A DNA stretch of 64,000 nt from an uncultured Gammaproteobacteria bacterium (GCA_964500725.1 CAZCNP010000001.1:64766-128765); one strand, 5' to 3'. Positions 9,912 through 18,883 are shown, counted from the first letter of the stretch. Made by a program: numbers and translations. The notes: generated from the letters alone by a model not told the origin.

Positions 9912-10586
9912 TCATCTTAGTCCAACAGTAGTCTTAAATACAACTGGATCAATCTGGCCGGCAATCACAGCAGGCGCATTAACACCTGGACCTAAAGTAA
10001 ATGATACTGTCACACTATCTTTATAACCTGATTGTGGATTTTTGGTAAATGAACCAGTTGTAACTGACACTCCTGATTGAAGATTTGTATCAGTCAAAAT
10101 CACAATCTGTGTCATTGGATCAGCAATATTACATACTCTACTAACAAACTCTGATTCCGTTTCTTTTCTTAAAGGAGAAGAACCAGCAACATCTTGCTTT
10201 GCAGGATTATCTTGTTGTATATAACCATTAATGCTATGATCCGAAGGCTCAAGAGTAATTCTATAACGTGTGTATGTACCATTCGTGACCACTACCAAAG
10301 TGTTCGAAGAAACAATAGCAGGAGGAGATGGTAACTGCGGGCACACTACATTATCAGCGCCTCTGATAGTTTTATCCATATTATCCAAAACTGCCTGGCC
10401 ATTTTGTTTTATCACAGCCAGTATTTGTGATTTATTACTGCCTCTTAAAGTATTGGTAAAAATAGTTACTAAAATAGTCCCAACTATAGCAACAATAGCC
10501 ATAGTGACTAAAATTTCAACTAAAGTAAACCCAGCACCACTCTTTCTAATCCTGTCTTTGTGGTGCTGGGTAAACCCTTTATTCAT
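9912..10586 (-). CDS. PilW-like minor pilin with a 15-aa hairpin-encoded insertion in its leader
   Basis: MNKGFT-QHHKDRIRKSGAGFT-LVEIL. Confidence 0.85.
   Translation of the reverse strand: MNKGFTQHHKDRIRKSGAGFTLVEILVTMAIVAIVGTILVTIFTNTLRGSNKSQILAVIKQNGQAVLDNMDKTIRGADNVVCPQLPSPPAIVSSNTLVVVTNGTYTRYRITLEPSDHSINGYIQQDNPAKQDVAGSSPLRKETESEFVSRVCNIADPMTQIVILTDTNLQSGVSVTTGSFTKNPQSGYKDSVTVSFTLGPGVNAPAVIAGQIDPVVFKTTVGLR
10525..10577. mobile_element. 45-bp palindromic MITE/REP-like insert, copy 1
   Basis: 12-bp arms acccagcaccac (10529-10540) and gtggtgctgggt (10560-10571); 8-bp direct repeat gtaaaccc at 10525 and 10570. Confidence 0.75.
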
Positions 10587-11107
10587 AGTTTTCTTAATAT
10601 AGTTGTCAACTTTGATTGATGAGGTCCTGCAAAATCAGTCCACTGAACAATTACTGTAACTGTTTTTTGGGTAGTGTACGTAGTAGAATCATCTGATAAA
10701 ATTACAACTCTTTTAAACTTACCATCGCTTAATGGATCTTCTGCATTATTTGGTATATTATTTGCTGCTGTCGAAAACTGAAAGCTAGAACCACTGAACT
10801 TAAAGTAACAATTGGGCGTACAATTCGGAGAAATCTGATTTGTCCAAAGATCTGTATCCTGCCAGTTATCAATAGTTTGACTGTTCAATGTAAAACTTCC
10901 CGAGATAGAACTATTTCTATCTCTGCTGGAACGTACCTTCTCTATTCCTTCCTGGGCTAGTTTAGTGGCCTGGGCAGAATTTTTGGCAAAGGTGGCATTC
11001 CGTAAAGAAAAGATAGTAGCATAAGTTAAAGCTGCTACAACCAAAATTCCTACAGCAGAAGCTGTAACTACTTCCAGCAAAGACTGACCTGTTTCTCTCA
11101 TTGACAT
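10583..11107 (-). CDS. PilV-like minor pilin (start likely 11107 or 11101, not 11194)
   Basis: TG|QSLLEVV; LAQEGIE; KTVTVIVQW. Confidence 0.8.
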   Translation of the reverse strand: MSMRETGQSLLEVVTASAVGILVVAALTYATIFSLRNATFAKNSAQATKLAQEGIEKVRSSRDRNSSISGSFTLNSQTIDNWQDTDLWTNQISPNCTPNCYFKFSGSSFQFSTAANNIPNNAEDPLSDGKFKRVVILSDDSTTYTTQKTVTVIVQWTDFAGPHQSKLTTILRKL

Positions 11108-11144
11108 TTGATTCCCTGTTTGATAATATATAAATACTAAACAT

Positions 11145-11179
11145 GAAGCAGATATTTCGTATGTCTGCTTCTTTTTTTT
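11145..11179. terminator. Intrinsic terminator-like hairpin at the 3' end of the NYN gene
   Basis: gaagcagat...tctgcttc stem followed by a T-run on the + strand; active direction unclear. Confidence 0.45.
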
Positions 11180-11813
11180 ATCCTTTTTCCTCAAATTTTA
11201 TATCTTTCTCTAGCCTAACGAAATCTCTAAAGTTACTGCCTGCAAATTGTCTTATTTCTCTGGCTGTCCTTGGACCTCTTGCTAACACAATTACATCCTT
11301 GCCAACTTCTTTAAGATACTTAAGGACAGGAAGAAAATCTCCATCACCTGATAATACAAGCACTCTGTCAAAATTATCTTTTTCTTTCATTAAATAAAAG
11401 GCCATCTCAACATCACAATTAGCTTTCCTTTGGGTGCTGCCATTTTCTTGATAATATAACTTTACAGGTTTTAGATATAACCTATACCCAAATTTCTTAA
11501 GCTTCAGATAAAACTTAATCCTACTAAGATGCCTTGAGAGTAAAATCAACTTAGCTTCATCCAGCTTTTTCCCATTCTGTTCAATATAGTTCTCAAGCTT
11601 CGTTTTTAATTTTTCAATCGGCACTGTTTCATTTTTTAGGTAATCATATTTGTACCCATGAACTTCTACCCCGCCAAAATAATACACTTCCGAAATATTA
11701 TATCTTTTTTTAAGGTACGTTATAAGCTTTGCATAATCAATCTTCCACCCTAAACTCTTTTCTCCACCGTAAAAGAGATTTGAAGCATCTATAAAAGCGT
11801 AGGTTTTATTCAT
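11178..11813 (-). CDS. NYN-domain (LabA/DUF88, PIN-like) protein
   Basis: FIDASNLF, KANCDVEM, LSGDGDFLP motifs. Confidence 0.88.
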   Translation of the reverse strand: MNKTYAFIDASNLFYGGEKSLGWKIDYAKLITYLKKRYNISEVYYFGGVEVHGYKYDYLKNETVPIEKLKTKLENYIEQNGKKLDEAKLILLSRHLSRIKFYLKLKKFGYRLYLKPVKLYYQENGSTQRKANCDVEMAFYLMKEKDNFDRVLVLSGDGDFLPVLKYLKEVGKDVIVLARGPRTAREIRQFAGSNFRDFVRLEKDIKFEEKG

Positions 11814-11831
11814 TAGTATATAAACTTCTTG

Positions 11832-13040
11832 CTAGAAAAGAGAACACCCTGCATTACCATTATATGAAGCAGTTATCTCAGCAGGAGTCAAAGCTCTATT
11901 ATAAATCCTAACTTCATCTATAGAACCATTAAAAAATTCTCCATTACCTCCATACTGACCAATATAAACATTCCGGGTAGCATCATAAAGCATGGGTGTA
12001 CTAGAGGCATAAGTGCCACTTCCTACTTGATTGCCATTAGCATAGATGGTATAGCCAGTGGTAGTAACTACATAGGTGATATGGTACCAAAAGTCTATAG
12101 AATAGCTGAAAGTGGCATCTGCTCCAGTTGTTATCCATGCAGAACCAGTACCAATATCTCCATGAATAGTGTTGCCGTTTTGCAGCTTCATATCAAAAGT
12201 GTAATCACCTCCGCTTCTGGTACCAAAAATAGCCCCAGTAGAATTATCCGCAGGCTTCACCCAAGCAGATATTGTAAACGGACCAGACATAGATCCTAAT
12301 GCATTAGCACCTAAAGAAACATAGTTGCTTCCATTAAATTGCCCTGCGCTACCAATCTTACCATTGGGATCCCAACTAGCTGTACTCCAGGTTCCAGTAT
12401 GGCCATAACCACTTTTATCTGCAACTTTGGTATCTGTTCCTTCATTAAAATCCCAATAACCAACTAAACCATTTAGCTGTGAACCAGAAGCATCACAGGT
12501 AGGCCTTGTTTTAAGGGTTCCCCCGGAAGTCATGGAAATAGATTTAGTGCTTGTAGTCCTAGTATTTTCCAGAGAAACTGCAAAAGAAGTGCATTTTGGC
12601 TCTCCGAAGTTCATCGTACCCGTCAGAAGATCAAAATTTATTGTATAAGCCGATCCTGGAAATCCCGGGTCTGACGGGCAAGCAACACCAACTCTTGATA
12701 TACTGTCTATTTGGATATTTGAATCTATCTTACTAATATCCAATTCTTTCTTTGAATAAAAAGTCCCTGATTCCTCACAACCTAAAGTTACAGTCTTACG
12801 GTCATCTGAAAATACTACTTGCCATTTAGCGCTGAAAGCGCTCTGGCATTTGTTATTAGAGCTGGCATTTGTCTGTGCTTGTCTTATTAAACCTTGAATA
12901 TCAGAAGTTGCGCTTTTTAATTTCTGGTCTTCTCCAAAATTGGCAAAATTAGCAAAAGCAAAAACTCCTGTTATAGCCATAATGGTCACAACCACCAAAA
13001 GCTCAACTAAAGTAAAGGCATTAGGGACAGCTTTAGCCAT
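11832..13040 (-). CDS. Pilin-like protein fused to a LamG/concanavalin A-like domain
   Basis: NA|FTLVELL; GLVGYWDFNEG...TISAWVK...WYHI...FNGSIDEVRIYNRALT. Confidence 0.88.
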   Translation of the reverse strand: MAKAVPNAFTLVELLVVVTIMAITGVFAFANFANFGEDQKLKSATSDIQGLIRQAQTNASSNNKCQSAFSAKWQVVFSDDRKTVTLGCEESGTFYSKKELDISKIDSNIQIDSISRVGVACPSDPGFPGSAYTINFDLLTGTMNFGEPKCTSFAVSLENTRTTSTKSISMTSGGTLKTRPTCDASGSQLNGLVGYWDFNEGTDTKVADKSGYGHTGTWSTASWDPNGKIGSAGQFNGSNYVSLGANALGSMSGPFTISAWVKPADNSTGAIFGTRSGGDYTFDMKLQNGNTIHGDIGTGSAWITTGADATFSYSIDFWYHITYVVTTTGYTIYANGNQVGSGTYASSTPMLYDATRNVYIGQYGGNGEFFNGSIDEVRIYNRALTPAEITASYNGNAGCSLF

Positions 13041-13046
13041 GTTTTA

Positions 13047-13078
13047 ATTGTACATTGTACATTGTACATTGTACATTG
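13047..13078. repeat. Heptamer tandem repeat ATTGTAC x4.5 between pilin genes
   Basis: Perfect units read directly. Confidence 0.9.
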
Positions 13079-13079
13079 C

Positions 13080-13538
13080 TTAAGGTGGAGTAACTACAAA
13101 ATTATAATCACTAAAATCAGGCGCAAGAGGCCATGAAGTACCACAGCTGACTGGAAGAGATTGCGGGGGAGAAGGAGGGTTTTCCAGCTTGGCATAAAGA
13201 CAATAGCTTGTGCAATTATTTCCTGCTGCATCACAACCTAAAGGAACATAACCATATCCTTGAGGAATTTGGGTCATATAATTTCTTCGGCTACCCGCAC
13301 AAGGAGATCCTTGGCTAATATTACATAAATAACCAATCTGCCCCGGATAAGCATCCGCTTCTGTCACATATTGTTCCAGAGCCAGCTGAATGGATTTTAA
13401 ATCTGCCTGCCTTTTGCTGTCCCTGCCTTGTTTTAAGACAGAGGAATATAAAATCAAACCAATAGCAGAAAGTATAGCAATAATGCTGATTGTTATTAAA
13501 AGCTCAATTAAGGTGAAACCTTTTTTTTGGGCAGGCAT
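13080..13538 (-). CDS. Type IV pilin (GspG-like)
   Basis: KG|FTLIELL; RDSKRQADLKSIQLALEQY; YCLYAKLEN. Confidence 0.9.
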   Translation of the reverse strand: MPAQKKGFTLIELLITISIIAILSAIGLILYSSVLKQGRDSKRQADLKSIQLALEQYVTEADAYPGQIGYLCNISQGSPCAGSRRNYMTQIPQGYGYVPLGCDAAGNNCTSYCLYAKLENPPSPPQSLPVSCGTSWPLAPDFSDYNFVVTPP

Positions 13539-13575
13539 AACTTTAATTTAACACATAATCTTAAACTTTTGAACT

Positions 13576-13995
13576 TCAGTTTTCATAATATAAATCTAAA
13601 AAATCTTTTGCAGAGATAATCTCTATGTTTTTAAACTTTTTAAGAGAGAGTAGATGCTTTTTATCCCCGGAAATAATATACTCAGCTTTTGCCTCCTGGG
13701 CAGCTTCTAAAATTTTATTGTCCTTGGGATAGGTTTGTATCACTTTAACAATAACCTGGGGAGAAACCAGAATAGCAAACTCACCAATTCCTTTTATAAC
13801 TTCCTTTACTTCTTCCGCTGACCAACCAAATTTATTCTGCAGGTTTCTGGCAACCTCCAATAATATTGCATTACTTGTAAAAAGTTCTATGTCTCCTTTT
13901 TTAGCCAGTTCTAAACATTGCCTTGGGTTACCACCAAAAATAATTGCAGAAAGGTAAATATTGGCGTCAAAAACAACTTTAACCTTTTGCTTCAT
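13576..13995 (-). CDS. PIN-domain toxin (VapC-like)
   Basis: VVFDANIYLSA, DNKILEAA, IISGDKKHLL. Confidence 0.88.
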   Translation of the reverse strand: MKQKVKVVFDANIYLSAIIFGGNPRQCLELAKKGDIELFTSNAILLEVARNLQNKFGWSAEEVKEVIKGIGEFAILVSPQVIVKVIQTYPKDNKILEAAQEAKAEYIISGDKKHLLSLKKFKNIEIISAKDFLDLYYEN

Positions 13996-14224
13996 GGAGT
14001 ATACGGTCTATATCATCTTCCGAAGTTATCTTAAAATCCCTGGCAGTTTTCGCACCTCTTTTGTAAATCCTCTGCCATCTCTCTTCCTCAGAAGCATTAT
14101 CTATTAAAGAAGAGATAAAAGCGCTGCGGGATTGACCGCTCGTACTACGGCTTTTCTCCAGTTTCAGAGCCACTCTTTGAGGCATAGATATAGAAATTAC
14201 ATGGGTTGTTCTTTGAATTTTCAT
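13979..14224 (-). CDS. Ribbon-helix-helix (CopG-like) antitoxin
   Basis: VISISMP...SRSAFI pattern; overlaps the PIN gene as an upstream partner. Confidence 0.75.
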   Translation of the reverse strand: MKIQRTTHVISISMPQRVALKLEKSRSTSGQSRSAFISSLIDNASEEERWQRIYKRGAKTARDFKITSEDDIDRILHEAKG

Positions 14225-14284
14225 ACAGTGTAATAATAATTTATTTCTTAAGTTCTGTCAATATAACAAATTCAGTCAATTGTT

Positions 14285-14740
14285 TTATGGTGATGAGACT
14301 GAATAATGATAAGTACTTGCGCCAGATATAGTATTAGGGCATTCTGTAACTAAGTTATTATTGGATGAATTTTCCATTTCAGCAAATAAGCAATATTTAG
14401 TGCAATTATTACTAACATTATCACATCCTGTTGCATTTGCTGAAGTAGCAGAAACATACAAAGGAATATATAAATATGGGTGATTTGTAGTATCTACTGC
14501 CTCAGTTGGAACCTGGTTTAAATAAGGAGACCATGAAGGAGCAGGAAGAGATAAAGGATATGAGGTATTATCCCTATAATATTGTTCCAGGGCAGACTGG
14601 ATCTGTTTTAAATCAGATTTTCTTTGAGAGTCTCTGGCATTTTTAGTTAAATTATCATAAGAGGCAATAGAAATTGCCATCAAAATAGCAATTATAGAAA
14701 TAGTCACCAAAAGTTCAATTAAAGTAAAACCATTTTTCAT
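14285..14740 (-). CDS. Type IV pilin (GspG-like), paralog of 13080..13538
   Basis: NG|FTLIELL; RDSQRKSDLKQIQSALEQY; YCLFAEMEN. Confidence 0.9.
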   Translation of the reverse strand: MKNGFTLIELLVTISIIAILMAISIASYDNLTKNARDSQRKSDLKQIQSALEQYYRDNTSYPLSLPAPSWSPYLNQVPTEAVDTTNHPYLYIPLYVSATSANATGCDNVSNNCTKYCLFAEMENSSNNNLVTECPNTISGASTYHYSVSSP

Positions 14741-14749
14741 ACCTTATTC

Positions 14750-14784
14750 AATTGTCAATTGTCCAATGTTAATTGTCAATTGTT
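14750..14784. repeat. Heptamer tandem repeat AATTGTC x5 between pilin genes
   Basis: aattgtc aattgtc caatgtt aattgtc aattgtt. Confidence 0.8.
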
Positions 14785-14788
14785 TTAA

Positions 14789-16678
14789 TTAATTGGGAGT
14801 AAAGTTTATGGTAATAGTATAGATAGAATCATCATTTACTACATTTGAGAGGGAATCCTTATAGTAAGTTAGCACATCGCCATTACCATTCATCTGCTGG
14901 GTAACTGTTCTGGTTTTTCGAACACGATCACCTGCACCAACAGTCACTTCTTGTAAGTCAAATCCTGGAAAATCATTATATTGCTTAACGCGATCTAATC
15001 TATAAAGCCAACTATAATCCATATAAATAACACCAAATTTAAATCCATTGCCTCCTGTACCTACCTTCGTTTCGGTTACTGTCATAATTGCCAGACCTTT
15101 CCTGGGTGCCCGCCAAAAAATAACTGCTGTGTCAATCTGTCCTCCTAGAGAATGGCTTGGGGATAACATCATATAACTCGCTCCCCAAATATTACTATTA
15201 GGTGCTTTCCAATAAGGCTGTCCTGAAGGCACATCCATCCAAATTTCCGGTCCAGCTTCATAATTGGCCTGCTGTGTTGTGCCCCCATATTGCCAGACAT
15301 CTTGGCTGTAGTGGTAAAACCAGCAACGACTCCAGACAGGGTTATCTCCTGAGCATAAAGTAACATTTCCTAGGTTACCTGAATATTCGGAAGCCAAAGT
15401 ATGCGTTGATGGACAAGGCAAATTGGTACAAGTCCTTGAACTGTTACCTCCATCTAAGCTACTACAATCTGTGCCTTCGTTTGCAGGGGAGGGATTAGAA
15501 CAAGTTCTAGTTTGTGTGCCACTAGTACCACAAGCAGTTGCTGAACAAGCACTCCAATCAGACCATCCTCCATTAACAGGACATGCTTGAGTATTGCAAG
15601 CCACAGTTTCTGTTAAACCTCTTGTTACACCATCTGACAATAAACATTGAGATCCTCCATTGGCAGGAGAGGGATTTGTACAGGTTCTAGTTTGTGTGCC
15701 ACTAGTACCACAAGCTATGGCTGAACAACTACTCCAGGCAGTCCAAACACCATCAATCCTCTCCACCGGCCCTTGCTTTAATTTAATACTGACATCATAA
15801 CCTCGGCCATTACAAAGATAGCTTGAGTTATAATAATAAGGGCTTATAGCACCTGTGCTAGCGATAGTACTTGTGGAGTCTCGACTACTATAGTAAGCAA
15901 ATCCTCCTATACCCGGACATGTTCCATAACAGGAAGCCGTACAAGGTGTACACCGGTTTAAAATATTACTTAAATCAGAATTGCTTGGGCAACTCATGTA
16001 GACTGTTTTATTTGCTAGGCCGGCATCCGATGTTCTGCAATGGATGGCAGAAACAGTACTTAACATTGGCACAGTTGGACAAGCTGGACTAAGATCATAG
16101 GGAGTTGTTGTTCCACTTGAACCAATGGTAGAAACTGCTCCTGAAGGCAAAGTAGAACCATTATCATAGACTCCACCTCTAGAAATAGCAGCAATCAGAT
16201 TTTGAGCAGAAGCCCCTACAGATGTTTTACAATAACAATAATTCTGATTAGTTCCAGAAGCAAGACTATTTATACACTGCTGAGGAGTTACACCAGGAGG
16301 CGCGCTATCTAAAATACTACATGCTACAAATGACTTCCCGTCTGAACTGATAACATAATCATTGTCTTTAGGTGGAGTAGGCAAAGTGTTATTTACAAAA
16401 AATGAGGCAAGACTAGATAAACTGCTTAAAACAGGATAGCTAGCTGTTTTAATATTGTATTTTGACTCCATAACCTTGGCTATAGCATCAATATCTGCTT
16501 TTCTTTTAGTATCCCTGGCCTTTTGCCCAACTCCACTATACATTGTCAACCCAACCACACTTAACACCCCAATAATGGCTACTACTATCAAAAGCTCAAC
16601 TAAAGTAAACCCAGCACCACTTTTAGAACTCGGAAATGTGGTGCTGGGTAAACCCACACTTCTTTTTCTCATTTTCAT
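14789..16678 (-). CDS. 629-aa pilin-like adhesin with two thrombospondin type-1 repeats
   Basis: AG|FTLVELL; WTAWSSCS..CG..GTQTRTC and WSDWSACS..CG..GTQTRTC. Confidence 0.85.
   Translation of the reverse strand: MKMRKRSVGLPSTTFPSSKSGAGFTLVELLIVVAIIGVLSVVGLTMYSGVGQKARDTKRKADIDAIAKVMESKYNIKTASYPVLSSLSSLASFFVNNTLPTPPKDNDYVISSDGKSFVACSILDSAPPGVTPQQCINSLASGTNQNYCYCKTSVGASAQNLIAAISRGGVYDNGSTLPSGAVSTIGSSGTTTPYDLSPACPTVPMLSTVSAIHCRTSDAGLANKTVYMSCPSNSDLSNILNRCTPCTASCYGTCPGIGGFAYYSSRDSTSTIASTGAISPYYYNSSYLCNGRGYDVSIKLKQGPVERIDGVWTAWSSCSAIACGTSGTQTRTCTNPSPANGGSQCLLSDGVTRGLTETVACNTQACPVNGGWSDWSACSATACGTSGTQTRTCSNPSPANEGTDCSSLDGGNSSRTCTNLPCPSTHTLASEYSGNLGNVTLCSGDNPVWSRCWFYHYSQDVWQYGGTTQQANYEAGPEIWMDVPSGQPYWKAPNSNIWGASYMMLSPSHSLGGQIDTAVIFWRAPRKGLAIMTVTETKVGTGGNGFKFGVIYMDYSWLYRLDRVKQYNDFPGFDLQEVTVGAGDRVRKTRTVTQQMNGNGDVLTYYKDSLSNVVNDDSIYTITINFTPN
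16605..16655. mobile_element. 43-bp palindromic insert, copy 2 (different loop)
   Basis: Arms acccagcaccac (16609-16620) and gtggtgctgggt (16638-16649); gtaaaccc direct repeat at 16605 and 16648. Confidence 0.75.
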
Positions 16679-16920
16679 AATCCAATCCTTTTTTTTAATT
16701 CTCTTATTGAATTACCACTATATTTTAGTCTTTTTTCTCTTAATCTAGCTAAATTTTCCATATTGAAAGCTTCGTAATAATGAAGAGTCCATGGCTTATA
16801 TCGTTTAGTAGAAAATACTTCACCATTATTATGCTCCAATAAACGCCTTTCAAGATCGTTTGTAGATCCAATATAAATCTGATTATTAGACATACTAACT
16901 AAGATATAAACATAATACAT
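16675..16920 (-). CDS. Small GIY-YIG nuclease (UPF0213/Slx1-like)
   Basis: YVYIL...YIGSTNDLERRLLEHN...STKRYKPW...E...ARLREK. Confidence 0.92.
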   Translation of the reverse strand: MYYVYILVSMSNNQIYIGSTNDLERRLLEHNNGEVFSTKRYKPWTLHYYEAFNMENLARLREKRLKYSGNSIRELKKRIGL

Positions 16921-16922
16921 AA

Positions 16923-16952
16923 GTGGTGCTGGGTAAAACCCTTTTTAGGCAT
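16923..16952 (-). pseudogene. Orphan pilin 5' stub MPKKGFTQHH carrying one arm of the hairpin element
   Basis: ATG CCT AAA AAG GGT TTT ACC CAG CAC CAC, then TT and the GIY-YIG ATG. Confidence 0.7.
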
Positions 16953-16964
16953 TACTTCTATCTT

Positions 16965-17007
16965 GTCATTTTAGTCAGCAAATATGCAAGTATTTGTGGT
17001 AAAATTA
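16965..17007 (+). promoter_or_regulatory. Promoter/operator block of AbiE-like module 1, repeated at 17943-17986
   Basis: Extended -10 TGGTAAAAT 6 nt before the ATG; caaata-N6-tatttg inverted repeat. Confidence 0.65.
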
Positions 17008-17011
17008 GATT

Positions 17012-17305
17012 ATGCAACAAGCATCTATGAACAAGTTCTTGGCTTCGCCGATAAAACAGGCATTTTGGGATTATAATTTTACCGAACACCAGCTTCTGAA
17101 AAAATTGGCAAAAGGCACAAGAGAAGAAAAAACATGGATTATAGGCAGAATTTTGGAAAATCTTCCTTTTAATTCTATATGGAAATATACAACACCAAAA
17201 CAAGTAAAAGAAATCTTTCCATACCTTCACCTGCGCCCCAAACTTAAACAAATCTGGAGCTATACACTCTCTTTGTGGGGAAAATATGAAAAAACCTCTC
17301 ACTAA
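17012..17305 (+). CDS. Small putative antitoxin partner of an AbiEii-type toxin
   Basis: FWDY...WIIGRILE pattern; overlaps the downstream nucleotidyltransferase gene. Confidence 0.7.
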   Translation: MQQASMNKFLASPIKQAFWDYNFTEHQLLKKLAKGTREEKTWIIGRILENLPFNSIWKYTTPKQVKEIFPYLHLRPKLKQIWSYTLSLWGKYEKTSH

Positions 17306-17939
17306 ACTTCAGGAGGAGGTTCTTAAAAACTTTTTTGCCCAGCCAATTGGAAAATCCTACTTTTTGACTGGTGGCACTGCGCTTTCCGGATTTTATTTTT
17401 ACCATCGTGATAGTATTGATCTTGACTTTTTCACCTTTGAAACTATTGAAATTGAGCCTGTAAGACAGCTGCTCGAGATGGTTGCAAAAGAAGCCGGTTT
17501 ATCTTTGGATCATCGCGTGGCAACATCCGGATATCATAAATTTTTTCTGACAGGCAAAAAGGAGGAGCTTAAAATTGATCTGGTCAGAGAACAAAAGGTC
17601 CATTTTGGGGAAATTAAGACTTTTGGCAAAATAAAAGTGGATTCTATAGAAAACATTGGCAGTAATAAAATTACCGCAATTTTTGGCAGGACAGAGGCAA
17701 AAGACTTCATTGATCTTTATTTAATCTTGCAGAAGAAACTATTTACTTTTGAAAAACTCCTAAAAGATGCTAAAAAGAAGGATTTGGGTCTTTCTGAATT
17801 TTATCTGGCCCATATGCTTCTTGAAGTAAAAAATCTAAAAAATTTTCCCAAGATGTTAATTCCTTTTGACAAATCAACCATGAAAAACTATTTTATCTTG
17901 TTGGCAAACAGACTTCTAGTAGAAGCGAAGCCAGAATAA
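17286..17939 (+). CDS. Nucleotidyltransferase, AbiEii/AbiGii toxin family
   Basis: LTGGTAL...HRDSIDLDFF...NKITA...R...KDFIDLY. Confidence 0.9.
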   Translation: MKKPLTKLQEEVLKNFFAQPIGKSYFLTGGTALSGFYFYHRDSIDLDFFTFETIEIEPVRQLLEMVAKEAGLSLDHRVATSGYHKFFLTGKKEELKIDLVREQKVHFGEIKTFGKIKVDSIENIGSNKITAIFGRTEAKDFIDLYLILQKKLFTFEKLLKDAKKKDLGLSEFYLAHMLLEVKNLKNFPKMLIPFDKSTMKNYFILLANRLLVEAKPE

Positions 17940-17942
17940 ACA

Positions 17943-17986
17943 GTCATTTTAGTCAGCAAATATGCAAGTATTTTATGGTAAAATTA
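17943..17986 (+). promoter_or_regulatory. Second copy of the AbiE-module promoter block
   Basis: First 31 nt identical to 16965-16995; TGGTAAAAT 6 nt before GTG. Confidence 0.65.
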
Positions 17987-17990
17987 TAGA

Positions 17991-18203
17991 GTGAAAACAC
18001 CTTACTTTATATGGGATTACAATATTAAAAATAATTGGCAGCCTAAAACCCAGGAGCAATGGGAATGGTTTTTAGTACGGAAGATTAATTATGGAAACCT
18101 CAAAGGTTTGAAAAAGGAAACTATCGCGGAATACTTTCCAAAAATAAAACAGATGCTCGATCCTGGCAAACGGGAGATGCTTGCGTACTTTCTAAACCAA
18201 TGA
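17991..18203 (+). CDS. Small putative antitoxin partner
   Basis: FIWDY...WFLVRKINYG; overlaps the toxin start. Confidence 0.7.
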   Translation: MKTPYFIWDYNIKNNWQPKTQEQWEWFLVRKINYGNLKGLKKETIAEYFPKIKQMLDPGKREMLAYFLNQ

Positions 18204-18874
18204 ATTTAACAAAACTGCAAAAACTGGCAATAGAACTGTTAGCGCATTCTCCACTCAGGAACATTTTCTACTGGACTGGCGGAACGTTACTTGCATCTCA
18301 CTATTTACATCATCGGGAATCTATTGATCTTGATTTCTTTAGCGAAAAAAAGTTTTCTCTTGAAGAAATTAACCGTTTCACCCAGGAACTTAAAGAGAAA
18401 GGCGGTTTCGCAACCGTACATTACCAGAAAATATTCGATAGATATGAATTTCTGTTTGAAAATGAAGAACACCTACGGATAGAGTTTGTCTACTATAATC
18501 ACGAGAAAAAGACACTGAGAAAACGAGAACTTCTTAATGGAGTACACATTGATTCTTTAGATGATATTGCTGCAAATAAAGTAATGGCATACTTTGACAG
18601 AAACGAACCAAAAGATTTATTTGATATCTATTTCCTTATTCATAAATCAGGATTCAATCCTTTAAAATTATTGAAACTTGTCAAGCAAAAATTTGGCATT
18701 TCTTTTAACGAAGCATCTTTTTGGAGTGAGGCATTTAAATGTTTTCCCCTTCTTCATACTTTAAAACCCCTGATGCTTCAAAAAGAAGAGGACAAACAAA
18801 AACAATTACTCAAAACCATTGAAGATTATTTCCAAGAAGGCTCCGCAAGATTTCTACATAAAAACCTAGAATAA
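18200..18874 (+). CDS. Nucleotidyltransferase, AbiEii family
   Basis: WTGGTLL...HRESIDLDFF...NKVMA...R.EPKDLFDIY. Confidence 0.9.
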   Translation: MNLTKLQKLAIELLAHSPLRNIFYWTGGTLLASHYLHHRESIDLDFFSEKKFSLEEINRFTQELKEKGGFATVHYQKIFDRYEFLFENEEHLRIEFVYYNHEKKTLRKRELLNGVHIDSLDDIAANKVMAYFDRNEPKDLFDIYFLIHKSGFNPLKLLKLVKQKFGISFNEASFWSEAFKCFPLLHTLKPLMLQKEEDKQKQLLKTIEDYFQEGSARFLHKNLE

Positions 18875-18883
18875 ATTAAAAAT

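Noticed and set aside
11108-11194. Long N-terminal extension of the PilV-like ORF; likewise track starts at 23316, 24243 and 48224
   Set aside because: The extensions run through terminator or promoter sequence or upstream genes; downstream starts fit leader length, -10 or SD position better.
16958-17302. Minus-strand 114-aa ORF and the many other short antisense ORFs in the track (e.g. 5564, 38536, 46444, 52977)
   Set aside because: They overlap well-supported genes on the opposite strand or in another frame and show no motifs.
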